The position numbers and the translations under genes are program-made. The notes under the pieces are model-generated. The model was not told the origin of the DNA. It saw only the letters and a list, made by a program, of their open reading frames with translations, and made no database searches. From NCBI GenBank assembly GCA_900088475.1, contig FLMG01001956.1, positions 62,001 to 126,000 of the forward strand: a DNA stretch of 64,000 nucleotides. The letters run 5' to 3'. Origin of the DNA: Hyphochytrium catenoides (lineage: Eukaryota; Protista; Hyphochytriomycota). The stretch's first letter is position 1; each line of letters begins with the position of its first letter. This document shows positions 23,490 to 36,461 of the stretch, piece by piece.

Positions 23490-26400
23490 CTATTCTCCAG
23501 CTGTGACCTCTATGCTTGGATGCCCCACAGGTTTGCCAGAAGGAGGAATAGAAACAGCTATTCGGCTATTGATTATGGATCCACTGCTGGTAACGGTGAA
23601 AGTGTAGGCATTCGGTTTGAGGTGTGGCACAGGAAGACTCTTTTTCCCTCCCCCGTGCAACGCCGCAAGGACCTCGCGAGGGTACTTGATGCCATGGCTT
23701 CCCACATGGTGGCCCTTCGCTCTCGCTATCAATCTCTCTTTCAAAAAGGCAAATCCGGGCACAGTCATCGTTGCAAGCGGAGGGTGAGGATGTTCTTTCC
23801 TCTCCTTTTCTGCCTGGAATATGGACGCAAGAGGAAACGTCGCTCGCCACATGCTCTCGGGCACCTTGGTGAGGCTCTCTAGGTTCTCGCACGCCGCAGA
23901 AACACCAGAGAAGCTAGCTGTTCTTTCCCTATCGCCTCTTGACGAAGGAAATCTCTCTTTTCTCCCCTTTGATGGCGGCTTGTGGAAGAGTACTCTAGGT
24001 GCTCCCTCTGCGTTCTGAGGTGGGTCCAGGCTTGCCTTTCCCAGAACTTCATCATCACTTGTTGCCCGCAAGTGTGGCTGTCATCATTACAATGGGTTGT
24101 TAGATATGCAATCACAGAATCAAAGGTAGAGAGGTCAGGGCGCTTTCAGAGCAGAACTTCAGCATCATACGTGACAGAGGGAGGAATGAACTGCAGTAGG
24201 ACGTACGGAGAGCTTTGACCCTTTCCCGGCCACGGGGCTTGATGGTCCATATTTCGAGGGGCTCTGTGGGTCGCCATAACCGCCCATTCCACCAGCTATT
24301 TCAATCTCAGCGTCGTACCTTCTGCCTGGTGGCCTCAAACCTGACGTATCAGCAAAGGAGAGGTCAATGCTAGACAAAAGAAAGACTTCAAATTCATACT
24401 ATTAGTGATCGGCGGATACCATACACTGCATTATAAGGAATGGAAGAAGTTAGTAAAGCAGATCCATGTTAAGGGAATATGAAAACGTGAAAGCTAGATC
24501 CAGGACCAACAGAGCGTCTTGTAGATAAACTAGCTACAAGAGAGATGCTACTTCGTTACCATAGGAATTTTCGGCTGATGTGCAGCGGCAGACAGTGTCA
24601 CACGCGCAGTGAGAGAAGTGGCAAGCGTCGCCTCGCCTGCAAACACCCTTATTCTGAAAGTCATAGCAAACTCCTAGCCCTTCGGTCGACTTGGGGCCTC
24701 CTGGCCCTTCAAATAAATGACAGAGTGGATCAGCTGCAATCAATGGGAATTGTAGGTAATGTCACGACAGTCTTACGTCCTCCTCCGTCCATTAGCTTCC
24801 GCCTCTTGCTATTCTGCTTTTCCATCTGCATACACACACAACTTAGAGGAAGTAACCGGCAATTGTGATGGATGAAGGAACATCATGTGAACGTTGCACA
24901 ATGAAGGAGCTGAAATGGCCTAGTGATAAGGCCCTCAGAAGCATCAAACAAGATTGCCAGGGAGGAGTGCCCCCCAACAGCTACTGGTATCCAGCATTTA
25001 AACTAGGCTAAAGAGATCAGACAAGTGCTGCCAAAGGCGCAGGTAAGCTCGTTAAGAAATAAGTAGCATACCACTTAACAACAACCTCACCTCAATCTGT
25101 CTCTTTGCTGCGAGTGTATGTTTTCTTAATCGGGCGACAAAGGGCGCAGAAATAGCTGGATCCTCACTAAAGATGCCCTCGAGCTCGTCAATAGAGATGT
25201 TGTCAAGAATAGCTTGCTTGACCGTAGCTGCCAACGAACTTCAGTTGACTGGTTAGACGCCGGAGTGAAGAAGGAAAAAAACGCCTCTCTGAAAGAAAGT
25301 GGGACAAAACAGCAGCGGTGCGATTGACTTACATATCTGTTGCCTGTTTCAGATCCTCTCTAGTCCTATGTAGCCGCCATCCACCTGAGGAGAGCCACTG
25401 AGTTGCCGTCTTTTAACTTGCCACCCGTCTTCGATAAATATAAAGAGAAGATACCTGTGCGCCATCCTGGCCCTCTCTCAGGGTGCACAAAGTCTGGGTT
25501 ACCGACTTCCCAGCCCTGATTGGGGTCTGGAGACGGAATGAAGGTCGGCCAGGACTACGTAGACGCAACGTCCAGTCACCAGTAAGTCGTATAAGTTCTA
25601 CCCAACTTTTCAGGGAGAGACCTACCACATCGTAGACACACTCCACGATCCTCTCCCCTGACTTAACAGCACTATCTTTAGCAACATTCTCGAAGAGCTC
25701 TATTGTTGTCATACCCAGGGCCATACAGAGATGCAAAAAGCCTTTGTAAGTAGAGCCATTGAAGGGGGAAAGGAATAGGAATAACGATTGGTAAGGCCAA
25801 AGAAATTAATAAAAAAGCACACACTAGCTAATGAGTAGCAAACGGATGCCTCGTCACGGAGATTACCTGGCTCCAGGCTGATCCAATCATGGAAAACATG
25901 CGCTTTCCTATGAGACAGATGGAGCTTGAAGCGTGGGCTAGGTGGTCTTCCTCTCCATTCTGCCGCTAAGATGAAGTTACAAGTCTGCCTACCCCCAGAA
26001 GCAGCCCGAAACAATCCCCTATTGATGCCAGACTAGCGAAGCTAATGAGTGAGAATGTATCATCAGCGCCACTGCACACTCACTTACCTGGTATGGCGCA
26101 GTGGAATGACAGAAAACAAGCCCCACTGAGTTGTAGGGTAACCTACATTCATGTCCCGAAAGGTGAGTTAGCATAAGAATGCAAGTTTACAGGGATTGAT
26201 TAGCCCTCAGAGCAAGGCTACTACCTCCCATACCGTGACCCGCCCGTTTAGCAGATGCCAAAAGGTTGACCATGCAATGAAAAAGAAAGGAAGGAGAGAT
26301 CTGGAGACCAAGACCAAAGACAACAACACAAGATAAGGCTGAGCGCACACAACATAAATCAAGGCTGAAGAAATGGCCATGGAGGAGAGGACGGAGAATT

Positions 26401-27674
26401 GGAGTTGAGAGTTAACGAATCATCACCCATGCCTAATAATAGCTTTGAGAAGGAAAGGCCAAACTCTATAAAATGCGTACCTTGGTATGGATTTAGTGAC
26501 ATAAGAGAGTTTGTTGGCGGGGTAGATCGCCTTCAACACAACGGGGAATGCATCCGGCGGGCATCCAGGTGGGGCTGGTAGGGCTTTCTTGGGACCCATA
26601 ACGTCATTCTGAATAATCTTCATATAATAGGGTCAGCCGTCGTATCATCATTAGAGATAATAGGAAATATAGGCTAACAGAGTCAACAGTGCATGGGAAT
26701 GGAAGAGGCAACAGCTTCGGGTCAGCAAAGCTAAAGCACGATTGAATAGCGATGTTGGAATACATGTGTGGTCGCTTGGCGAACTTGTAGAAATTAGCAA
26801 ATGGAGAATATTATGCACCTTTAATCGCTCGGGTAAGGTTAACCGCATAACGTTGTGAGCGTTAATGAGCAGCATATCCGAGACCACAAAACGAGTGGAA
26901 CGCTTGGTTGCATCCTACATGCTTTGCCGTCAGTGCTGACCAAACATTGTCCTATACTTGCTGAGACAGTCTTGAGTGCACCTTTTCAAGCACCAGATCC
27001 CCGTCCAAGAGTGTCCAGTGGTGATTTGTTAGGGTTTGACCTTCCGGGTTGGCCTTCACTCTATCTGGGCGTAGTGGGAAGTGCAAATGAACCTACTTAA
27101 CAGTGATCGAAAGCCCCGCATTAGCGTGCCTCGCGTTTCGTTCAACCAATCCTTCAGTAATATCCAACGTACCCTCCGACACTCGTAGCTACCATCTACC
27201 AGAAAGCATTCGTTGTGCATAATCAGGAGGAGAAGTCTGGGGCCACAGTTATGATGTCAGATTGCCGTTATAACGTATCCTCTATGTCAACCTCCAGGAA
27301 AGCGATAACAAGGAGGTACCTGATCCCGTCCGCTTGTTCCGTCACAAAATACGGCTCATCGACGACCCTCTCTAGTGCTGGAAGGAAATATCATTCGTGC
27401 GTTAGGAGATAACCTTGATCAAAGTAAGTCGTGACATACCTGCTCTCGTCAGTGGGACCGGTTCTGCCCAAGGGAAAAGCGGCTGTAAGTGCGGGTCAGC
27501 ATATCCAACCATCTTCATCAGCTTCGTCTGGAGAGAGAGCTGTCGACAACAACTGATTAGGATACCACTCCTTGCCAACTTCATCAGCTTAAGGACCTGA
27601 AGGCTAGGGGTTAACTTTTCCCCCGGAAGTTCCGGGAACGCGTCTGCGCTCAAAGGAGGTCGGATTTCTGCCAT
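23490..27674 (-). CDS. mRNA-capping guanylyltransferase-like protein (NTase + OB fold) with degenerate catalytic motifs, followed by an NLS, a CCCH zinc finger and a low-complexity tail
   Basis: Spliced model MAEIRPPLSADAFPELPGEKL..LFPWAEPVPL..YFVTEQADGIR|LLLLIMHNECFLVD..HHWTLLDGDLV..FVVSDMLL..ERLK..NSVGLVFCH..GLFRAA..RIVECVYD..VKQAILDNISIDEL..KRRKL..CYDFQNKGVCRRGDACHFSH. Motif order and spacing follow Ceg1/RNGTT guanylyltransferases. Confidence 0.8.
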
Positions 27675-27836
27675 AATCCCTAAAACCTCAGTACCGCGGC
27701 TGCCAAGAGGCCACTCAAACACTAAGCTAACGCATGCAAGCCCATTCGGTGTTGAAACAACAGGTCAGCAGAGTGATCACCATTGATCAGCGAAGAGCAA
27801 ATGAACAGTACTGATGATCCGTCTGACCGCTATGGG

Positions 27837-28316
27837 TCACGGTCCTTCTACAGCACCCTTGTAAGTGATATGTGGCCAGGGTAGGGCTCTGTCTGCACCT
27901 GACTCTGAGATGTAGGCTTCCTCGAGGATAGGCACTCTCATCTCATGAGGTGGTTCCTGATGATGGATGACATGATGAGGGAGCTTGTAAAAGGATCTGC
28001 TTGCACTTGATCCAAAGGTCAATCAAGCGCACAGGGTGATGTCTGCGATGATCTGAAGTGTGTCTGTACGTCTGTACGCATACTGCATACCTTCCTTCAC
28101 AGAAGACCTCGAGATCATAAAATTGGTTAATCTCTGCTTGATTGAGGTTCGGTAATCAGGCTCATGATGGCTTTTGTGAAGTACGAAGTGATTGCAACTT
28201 CCAGAAAGGAAGAAGCGGCATGGAGGAAAGGGAAAGGAAGTCCAAGGAAATGCATCGACTTCCAGGGCTTCGAGTGCTTGGATGAGTGCTGCTGCATTCT
28301 GCATGGTGCTCCTCAT
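27837..28316 (-). CDS. Possible small two-exon hypothetical protein
   Basis: Two adjacent ORFs (MRSTMQNAAALIQ..SVKE and ..SFYKLPHHVIHHQEPPHE..VEGP*) with a plausible donor GAAG|GTATGC between them. No recognised family. Confidence 0.25.
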
Positions 28317-28530
28317 CTTCGCAGGCACATCTGCAGCACCTGAACTCTTCTTCTTGCAGCCTGCACCAGCCGCTTCTTATGTTGATAGGGTGTTACGAGG
28401 CGAACTGAGGAATAGACAAGAAGCGAAGCTTATCGCCTGGTGGAGAGATAAAGGACAGTCCTAATCTACCTCGAGTGCCTCTGGCAGGGAAAGCAGAAAA
28501 GTCTTTTCTTGGGAAGACATACTAAACTCG

Positions 28531-31173
28531 ATGGCGTCTTCCGATGGCGGAAGCCGGGATCAAGGCTACCCTGTCGTTCTCCACGTTTACGATCTGAGTA
28601 GAGGCTTGGCATCACAGATGTCCCTTCAGCTGATTGGAAAACAGATTGATGGCGTCTGGCACACGGGAATTCATGTCTATGGGAAGGAATGGTTCTACGG
28701 TGGCGGGATCCAGGTATGGGATGCTCGGTCACTCACATCATGTTGCCATTAGTCTAATCCCTAGCCTGCAGTGCTCGTCAGCCGAGGATGTGATTCGCAC
28801 TTATGGGATGCGACCAGTCGAGCAAGTGTCGCTTGGCGTGACCAATTTGGACGAAGAGGTTTTCGTGGAGTTTTTATCGGAGGTACGGAACGTTCTGACT
28901 GCAGTCATTTCCAACATGAATGTTCACGCTGAAACTCTGTTATGGCCGCGTTCATTCTGTAGCTTAGTAGACATTTTACTTGTTCTTGCTGCTAGCCGCT
29001 GCGTAGAATGCGGCTAAGATGGTTACTGACACATTCGGTGCTGCAGATCTCGCCGCGTTTTACGGCAGCGACTTACAATCTACTGACGAACAACTGCAAT
29101 AACTTTACCAACGAGTGCGCCCAGTTCTTGCTAGGCCGCGGCATCCCGCAACACATCATCGACCTTCCAAACGAAGCCCTAAATTCCCCGATTGGGTAAG
29201 CGGTCTAGAAGTACCTTGTCTCTGGAACAGCTATCTTGCCTCTGCAAAAGCTACCCTACTTGTGGCATGTCAGCTGTATCAATCCATTGATGGTGGTTCG
29301 CGGAAGTGAGCCTTAATCGTCTCCGTCATGTCCTCATCAACACTAGGAAGTATTCTTGTTTCTCGCTCTCATACACCTCTCTCTCAGAATGTTTCTTCGA
29401 CCGATGCTGGAGAATATCCAGCGTGATATGGGTTCTCACTTGGCAGAGCACATACCTTTCAACAATCATCAGTTGCACAGCAGAGCAGCAAGAGATCTGG
29501 CAGCTCGATTACAAAACATGGCACCACTCCATCCCACCACAGGTAGAGCCTCAGCTCTTCCCGATAAAGTCCTTGTTCAACGGCGAAGTCCTCTCTCTCT
29601 CTCACTCCAGAAGCGACCTTCCTTTGCTTGTCACCTCTCCTCTCTGTCCTTTACACAATCCCTTCGTCTTTTTGTCCTTTACACAGTTTCTTCTTCCTTT
29701 TGTCCTCTGCTCTGCTTACGCTCCTATTGAACCTGCAGGGGAGCCTCAGAAGGAGCTTTTAAATCAGTACTCTCGGCCATTCGTTTCTAAAGATATAACT
29801 CAGGCGAAGGTTGCTTCCGAGAAGCTTGTATCTAGCTGTCTCGGCCTTGGAGACGAGGAAAAGGCTTCTCTGAGAAGCTTGGGAGATGGCCTTATGGCCC
29901 AAAAAAGCCCGGATTGCAATCAAACTCGGCTGCTATCCAAAATTCTTTTGAATCCCTCAACTCCAACAGATGCAGTCTTCCCTACTCTCTACCTCCTGAG
30001 GGCCGCCGCATACTTGGGCATCGGGGAAACAGTAAACGATCTTCAACCAGCGATCGAGAACTTAGCAAGCAAACTGGCTCTTTCTGATCTACTAACGATT
30101 GGGACTCAGCAAATGGTAAGCACTGCTACTGACAGGGCCTGACTTTCATCCCTTCAGGTGACAGATTGCAGCCTTGTATCTTCTTGTTTCTTTTTTTCTT
30201 GGCAGCTGCACCATACCTCCAATGTAGGAACTAATTGACCTATGTTACCGGCTGTGTCGCAAGATCGTCTGTCTACTGATGAACTTGCTGGGCTCTTCCG
30301 GAGGCAGACGAGTCATCTTCCAGGAGAAAGTCCTTTCTCAGATAGTACCCTACTCCACAAAAGGTACGTCGATCTCGTAATTGTGCTGGCTTTGAGTCTC
30401 TCGTCATCCGTGCTTGTCTCCCAGCCTGTGTAGCGCACGATTGTAGTTACATAACACGTCTCGTCTTAAGTGCAGCATCTTTAGGTTTTTGCTGTTCTCA
30501 GCATTGCATTGCTCCTAACACTGTGCTCCTTGACTACGTTACTCTAAACTTTGTTTGCGCTCTACCCTATCATGTGTCACCTCCTCCGCGGCATCCCAGC
30601 TTTGCGTTCCAGTAGCACGGACTTGCGGAGGGCCGTTAGTGCTTTACTCTTCAACTTTGTCATATCTATAACCAGCGATGGCGATACTATTCCTCGCCCA
30701 GCTCAAGAGGTCAGTAAGCTGATAACTCCAAGGTGTCCTAGGGTTTTTGTTAGCCTTTCTCAATTTAGTACCGTTGAGACCTGTCTCTAATCTTGAGTTT
30801 GCAGATATACACAGCTATCTTAGAGACTATCGCTGAGGAGCCGGATACTGTTACACTCCACCGAATGGTTCTAAGCTTAGGCCATTTGTTGAAGGTAGAG
30901 ATTCTTACCTCGTCTATCCTGTCCAAACCTTATCTCCTACTCCCGTCCTTTGCTTTACTTGAGTATGTCTCCTTTTTGGCTGTGAAACCGGACTAACACA
31001 ATCATTACATCCAGAAATTCGATGGCAATAGGCAGCTTAGCCAGCTGAGAGACTCCTCAGAGGCGGTGCATGCACTACTGAGGAGCCATCTTATTAATGC
31101 GGAGCTCTCGGCCATGAGTCATGAGATTTTGGGAATGGTCACTAGACGAGAGGGTCCTAGCTCAAGGAGCTAA
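28531..31173 (+). CDS. PPPDE/DeSI-1-like desumoylating/deubiquitinating peptidase fused to a PUL domain
   Basis: VVLHVYDLSRG, catalytic His in VWHTGIHVYGKEWFYGGG, catalytic Cys in YNLLTNNCNNF, IPQHIIDLP. C-terminal ARM-like PUL features AVFPTLYLLR, AVSALLFNF and LHRMVLSLGHLL. Stop at 31171-31173. Confidence 0.9.
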
Positions 31174-31966
31174 AGGGCAAGCGACCTTGAAAACAAATAA
31201 AGATATTAAAGACCCTTTTGTGATGCTCCTTCAAGAGTGCCTTATGCCGATCCGGTTATAATGACACCTCACCGCCTCCGTCCTCTTCTTTGCAGCAGCA
31301 AGCAGCATCCCGTATAACTCCCCGTCTTTGGCTTCTTGCATTGGCGGAAGACCGGTTGCCACGTAAGCTTTGTCGGTGTGAAGGGACTTCCTAGCCTGAG
31401 CAGGAGTGTCGCATATCAGCACACACATACAATCCGCAAATACCGGTGGAATGATAAATCTACCCTTAGAGGGCATGCAGAGGCCGATGACAGATCTTAC
31501 TTGCAAAATGCAAAGACATAAGCCAAGATTCGCCCGACAAACAAAGATACTTGGAACAGATGAAAGCTTCATAAACTTCCGTTCTAGTTGAATTGTTCAC
31601 ATTTGCGAAGCCGCGGTTTGCAGACCAAGGATCACTGAAAGTTTCCGAGCTGCTACTTTCGCCGATCGTTACTTTGTGCCATAGTTCTTACATGCCGCCG
31701 CGATAGGACAGAGCTCTTCCTCGGGCAACTTCTTACAAAGAACTTAAAAAAGCCTGACAAGTCTCTCACATACTGCCGACGGTCGAAGCTCCTGCAGACT
31801 GCGCCTCGGGACGGCGTAAGATAGACAACAACGGACAGAGAGCAAATCGTGAGGAGAGAGAGAAAAGAGAGGGGAACCTGGCAACTGTATGGCCCATGGA
31901 CACCTAGAACATACTGTCCCATGAGACTTTGGGTGTTGATGGTTGTCTGTTCTCTTCTTGAAAGCG

Positions 31967-34662
31967 ATGACAATGGGCGGCATAGACGATAGAACGTTAA
32001 ACAGCAAATCCGCTGACGGGCACAGTGGAGTCAGAGCAACCGCGGATATTCGTGGCTATGACTCTGTTGCCGGAGGAGTAGAGCCTGTCTCGAGTGACCA
32101 GAATGTCAGTAGTAGCACCACAACGCCAGAGATGAGCTCCTCGGCGAAAGACGCCAGCTCACCTGGGTCTGGCCGGAAAGGAGAAGGGAAGCCTAAGGTC
32201 GCACTTAAGAAGGCGATGTCTATACGTGTGCAATCACGAAGAAAGTCATGGTCCACACTGCAACCTGAAGTGATAAGGGCAGAGTTTGACGCTATTGCCA
32301 ACAAAGACACACACCTCATAAGTCAGTTCGATATGAAGAGAGCATTGGAGCGGCTAGGACTGAAAACGACAATGAAGCAGGTTGTCTCTACCTTGTTCCC
32401 TCTTCCAGTCATTGTGCGAACATTCCTTCATTTATTTTCTGACGTATCAGGTTATTGACATCATGACCAAGAGTGATCGAAATAATGACGGATATGTGGA
32501 CTTCGAAGAGTTTAAGGCGTATGTGCAAAGCCGCCAGGCAGATATAGAAGCTGCATTTGACGCACTGGATAGCAACATGGACGGTGTGATCACGGATAGA
32601 GAGCTCCATGAGGCAGTCAGTAGTCTCGGACTTCGAGCCGGTAGTGAGGACATCCATCGACTGCTGAAAAAGGTTGGAGCTTCGATTGGGTGCCTCTGTG
32701 GTCTTACACATTGTATGCCTTTATGGTTTGCACTTTAGCACACGCTGACTGGTTTCGAACGCTATTATCCATGTGATGGCTTTCTCACGGGCTTTGTTAA
32801 CTATTTGGCACTTTTCCCATAGCTCAGTATCAACTCGTTCTTTCTTTACTAAATGTTTTGAGAAACTGACACTTGCTCCCTGCAACAGATGGACAGCGAT
32901 GATTCAGGTGCCATAGACTTCAACGAATTTCGACACTTCTTGATGCTTCTACCTGATGTCAACCTCAACGCAGTCTTTGAGCAGTACGTCCACTTTCTGC
33001 TGTGAGGTAACCCTCTGAAATTCCAGCACTAAAGTCTCCTTCTCTAGGTTCATGCATGGCATTGTCGATGTAGGAGAGTCTGCGTCCATTCCTCCTGACC
33101 TGAAAAGAAGCCATACCGCTACCGTAGGCCCCCTTAGCATCATGTTAGCTGGCGGGATTGCTGGAGCCATCTCAAGGTACCACTCGTGTGAAACACTAGA
33201 AAGAGTTGAGGAAGGCCTGTGAGAAGACGAAAAGGCTGAGACCATGATTAAGTTGAACAATTTCTATGCTTCTAGGACCGCCACTGCTCCTATGGACAGA
33301 TTAAAGGTCATACTACAGGCGGGGAAGTCGACAAATGGTCCACAGGTCACAGGCGTTCTACAAGGAATAAAAGAAATCTACCGGTCGTCGGGCTGGAGAG
33401 GATTTTTCAGAGGCAACGGTGAGAACCCAGAACATTTCCCTTGTCCATTGATATTCTAAGCATCAGTTCATCGGCATTTCTGGTGGGAAGGTTGCACTTA
33501 TGTATCGCTGAGGCACGGGTCATGCTGAGTTTCCACTTGCTGTTAATTCTCTTACTATCAGCCAGCTCAAAGCTTTCTCGTCGTCTAGTCAGTGTCATGC
33601 TGGTCACTAAATCAACCAGAGAGACTGACTCTCCTAATCTATCCTATCAGGAGCCAATGTATTGAAGATTGCACCTGAAAGCGCCACAAAATTTCTGTCT
33701 TACGACCTTTTCAAAACGCGTGTCGCCGCTGATGTTGATAACATTACCATGGCAGAGAGGCTCCTGGCTGGTAGTTGTGCAGGAGCACTCAGCCAGTTCC
33801 TTATATATCCCATGGAAATCACCAAGACAAGGCTAGCGCTTGCTTCAGAGCAGGAATACTCAGGGATCAGGGACTGTATAGTCAAAATCCGAGAACGAGA
33901 AGGGGTCAGAGCCTTATATAGAGGCCTTGGAGCGTCTCTTACGGGAATAGTCCCTTATGCAGGAGTGGACTTGGCTGTATTCAACTTTCTCAAGGACTCC
34001 TATGTGCGAAGTCAAATAGGATCAACCAAAGAGCCATCAGTGGTCGTCCTCTTAAGCTTTGGGGCTTTGTCTTCCACACTTGGACAGGTAAGGATCGGCC
34101 ATGCCCGTCTCTCCTCCCATAGTCTCCACTAGTGCCCGTCTCTCCTCCCATAGTCTCCACTATCGGCCTTTATGTAGTTAGTTGCAATGTTCTACAATCA
34201 TCTTTGTTACTTGTTTGAACTGATACAATGTGTCTGGCACCGGTAACCTCTCATGCAGCTGGTAGCCTATCCTTTGAATCTGGTGCGAACCCGGCTGCAA
34301 GCCCAGGGAATGCATGGTCGGCCCGTGATCTATAGCGGTATGGTGGACTGCTTCCAGAAAACCCTGCATGAAGAAGGGGTGAAAGGGCTCTATAGGGGCC
34401 TTCTCCCCAACTTCATGAAGGCCATACCAGCCATTAGCATCAGGTATGGATGATAGAAGGGTGTAAACGACGGTCTTATAAAGAAATGGAGGAAGAACCG
34501 TGAGCCGCGCCGAAAAGTGCCATGTTTTACTGAGAGTATAAGGATGACGTTACTAGGTACAGAATGACCAAAGTTCTTGAGCTTACCAATGACTTCCTTT
34601 GCAGCTATGCTGTCTTCGAGTCACTGAAGCGCGAGATGACCAAGGCTAAGTGGAGTGTCTAA
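31967..34662 (+). CDS. Calcium-binding mitochondrial carrier (SCaMC / ATP-Mg:Pi carrier, SLC25A23-25-like)
   Basis: EF-hands DRNNDGYVDFEE, DSNMDGVITDRE and DSDDSGAIDFNE, followed by three carrier repeats (APMDRLKV, YPMEITKTRL, YPLNLVRTRLQ), KIAPESA and YRGLLPNFMKAIPAISI. Confidence 0.95.
34102..34162. repeat. Tandem duplication of 30 bp (31-bp period) in an intron
   Basis: tgcccgtctctcctcccatagtctccacta at 34102-34131 and again at 34133-34162. Confidence 0.95.
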
Positions 34663-34889
34663 AGTCATTCACTGTCAATAGTATAGCTATTTATCTTAAA
34701 ACAGCTTTACATAGCTGCCCTGGCCCCACAGTTGCCTCTACCGTTATCGTGAGCCTTCCTTGCTTCTGGTTATTGGATTCCTGTATCCGTTACTAAGACT
34801 ACATGAAGATGCTTCTTCAAGTCCAACAATGAGACTAAGCCGCACCTCCTCTTGACGAGTGCAAGAGGAATGAGTCTCTTTTTTTTATC

Positions 34890-36461
34890 TTAGCCCTTCC
34901 GAGCTTCTTTCTGCAATCGTACAGCTTGCCCCAAACGATGTTGCGCCTTGTTGGCCATCTGTGGAGATTTACATATAAGAGCGTGAACAGCAAAACGTAG
35001 CGTTCAGTAATCGTACACTCCTGCAATAAAATGTAGGCGTTGCAAAGGGAAGACAAACGTGGAGAGGCAATATGTCTCTAGCATGAAGCACTTTTCAGTT
35101 TATAACAAGGGACGCATTGGCGAGACCCTCCTAGAACTTACATCAATATTGGGATTTAGAGCTAATACTCTTCGGATGTCATCCAGAGCTAAAGCGTATC
35201 TGTGGGAGGCTCTCATTATACTCAACATTCCCAATGATGCCATGTGAGAGAGTTCTTACCTCTCTAGCCCCTCGAACGCCAATCCGCGGCGGAGCAGTGC
35301 CTTCTGATTGTATGGCTGGAGAAGTGCAGTGAGTCGCAAGGTAATAAAGACACTGCAACAAGGTAGTAATGATAGCGAACGTCTACGAACATTAGGTGCG
35401 GTAAAAGCACATGCTCAATGGTTGGACGTAATCAAAGGAACAGAGTCTGTGCGGTCATGGGCTCAACAGGTAGAGGGTTTATGGAGCAGAGAGTTAGGAA
35501 AGAGACAACTTAAAGTTTGAGAAGTTGTAGATCTCGCTTACATCTGCCTCCAGCACATAACTGCAGTCCTCAACGACGTGCTGAAAGTGAAAGAGCTGCT
35601 GATGGCAAGCTGCCCTGTTGTTATAGCAGGAAATTGCCAGCTCGCTCTTCTTATCCTTTATGAGGTCCAGGGCCTGTGTGTACTTCTCAATTGCCTTTTC
35701 AAACTGCGCATTCTTGAAAAGATCATTGCCTTCTTCCTTCAGTCTCTCCCCAGGGCTCATTCCCCTCCTCTTTGCCTTCTCCTCAGCCTCTAGCAATGGT
35801 TCGATTTCTAGAAGTAGCTTCTTGAGATCCTGGTTGTCAAACTGGACCTTCTGGCCAGCCTTTAGAGTCTCCAGCGCCTCCTTATACTGGGCAAGGTTCT
35901 TTTGAGCGGTAGCGAGGCGATGATAGCCCTTCACAAAGTTCTTGTCCAACTCAATGCACTTCCTACCATCCTCTGCCGCCTTTGTCCAATCCTTCTTTCC
36001 AGCATAAGCGGCGCTAAGGCAGGGAAGCCCATCAGTCAACAGGTCTAAGGCTCCATTATGTGGGACCACCTTCGCCGATCTCATCCCAATCTTCTCGCAC
36101 ATCATTTCGTTCAACACCTCATGGTGTATCAGAAACCGCAATAGTCAACGCCAGCCTCTCCCCTTACCTTCTATTGGAGTAGTAAATTGCATTGGTTGGC
36201 TCCAGTTTGACAGCCTACAAAAAGTTGACCTTTAATATCTTCTTCAACGTGCTTTTGAATGATTGTGCCGCATGTGTACCTCAGAGTATAATCGGATGGC
36301 ATTCTCATAGTCACGCTTCTTGAAGAATTCATTGCCTTCACTGAAAATAGGACGAGCAAATGTGAGTTATGATGACCTCGACCGGACCCTTGAAGACAAC
36401 ATGGAGCGGCATTAGCAGATAGTTGATGCACGTACTTCTTCTTCCTTTCAGCAGCACTCAT
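34890..36461 (-). CDS. Dual-TPR-domain co-chaperone (STI1/HOP-like, no DP domains seen)
   Basis: KK|NEGNEFFK..YYSNR|SAAY..FVKGYHR (TPR cluster 1) and LKEEGNDLFK..YNNRAAC..KALLRRG (cluster 2); carboxylate-clamp K/N/R residues present; ends HRLGQAVRLQKEARKG*. Confidence 0.85.

Noticed and set aside
31231-31700. Minus-strand ORF ..TGLPPMQEAKDGELYGMLL.. as a gene
   Set aside because: I could not build a start-containing spliced model and saw no recognisable motif; needs RNA-seq.
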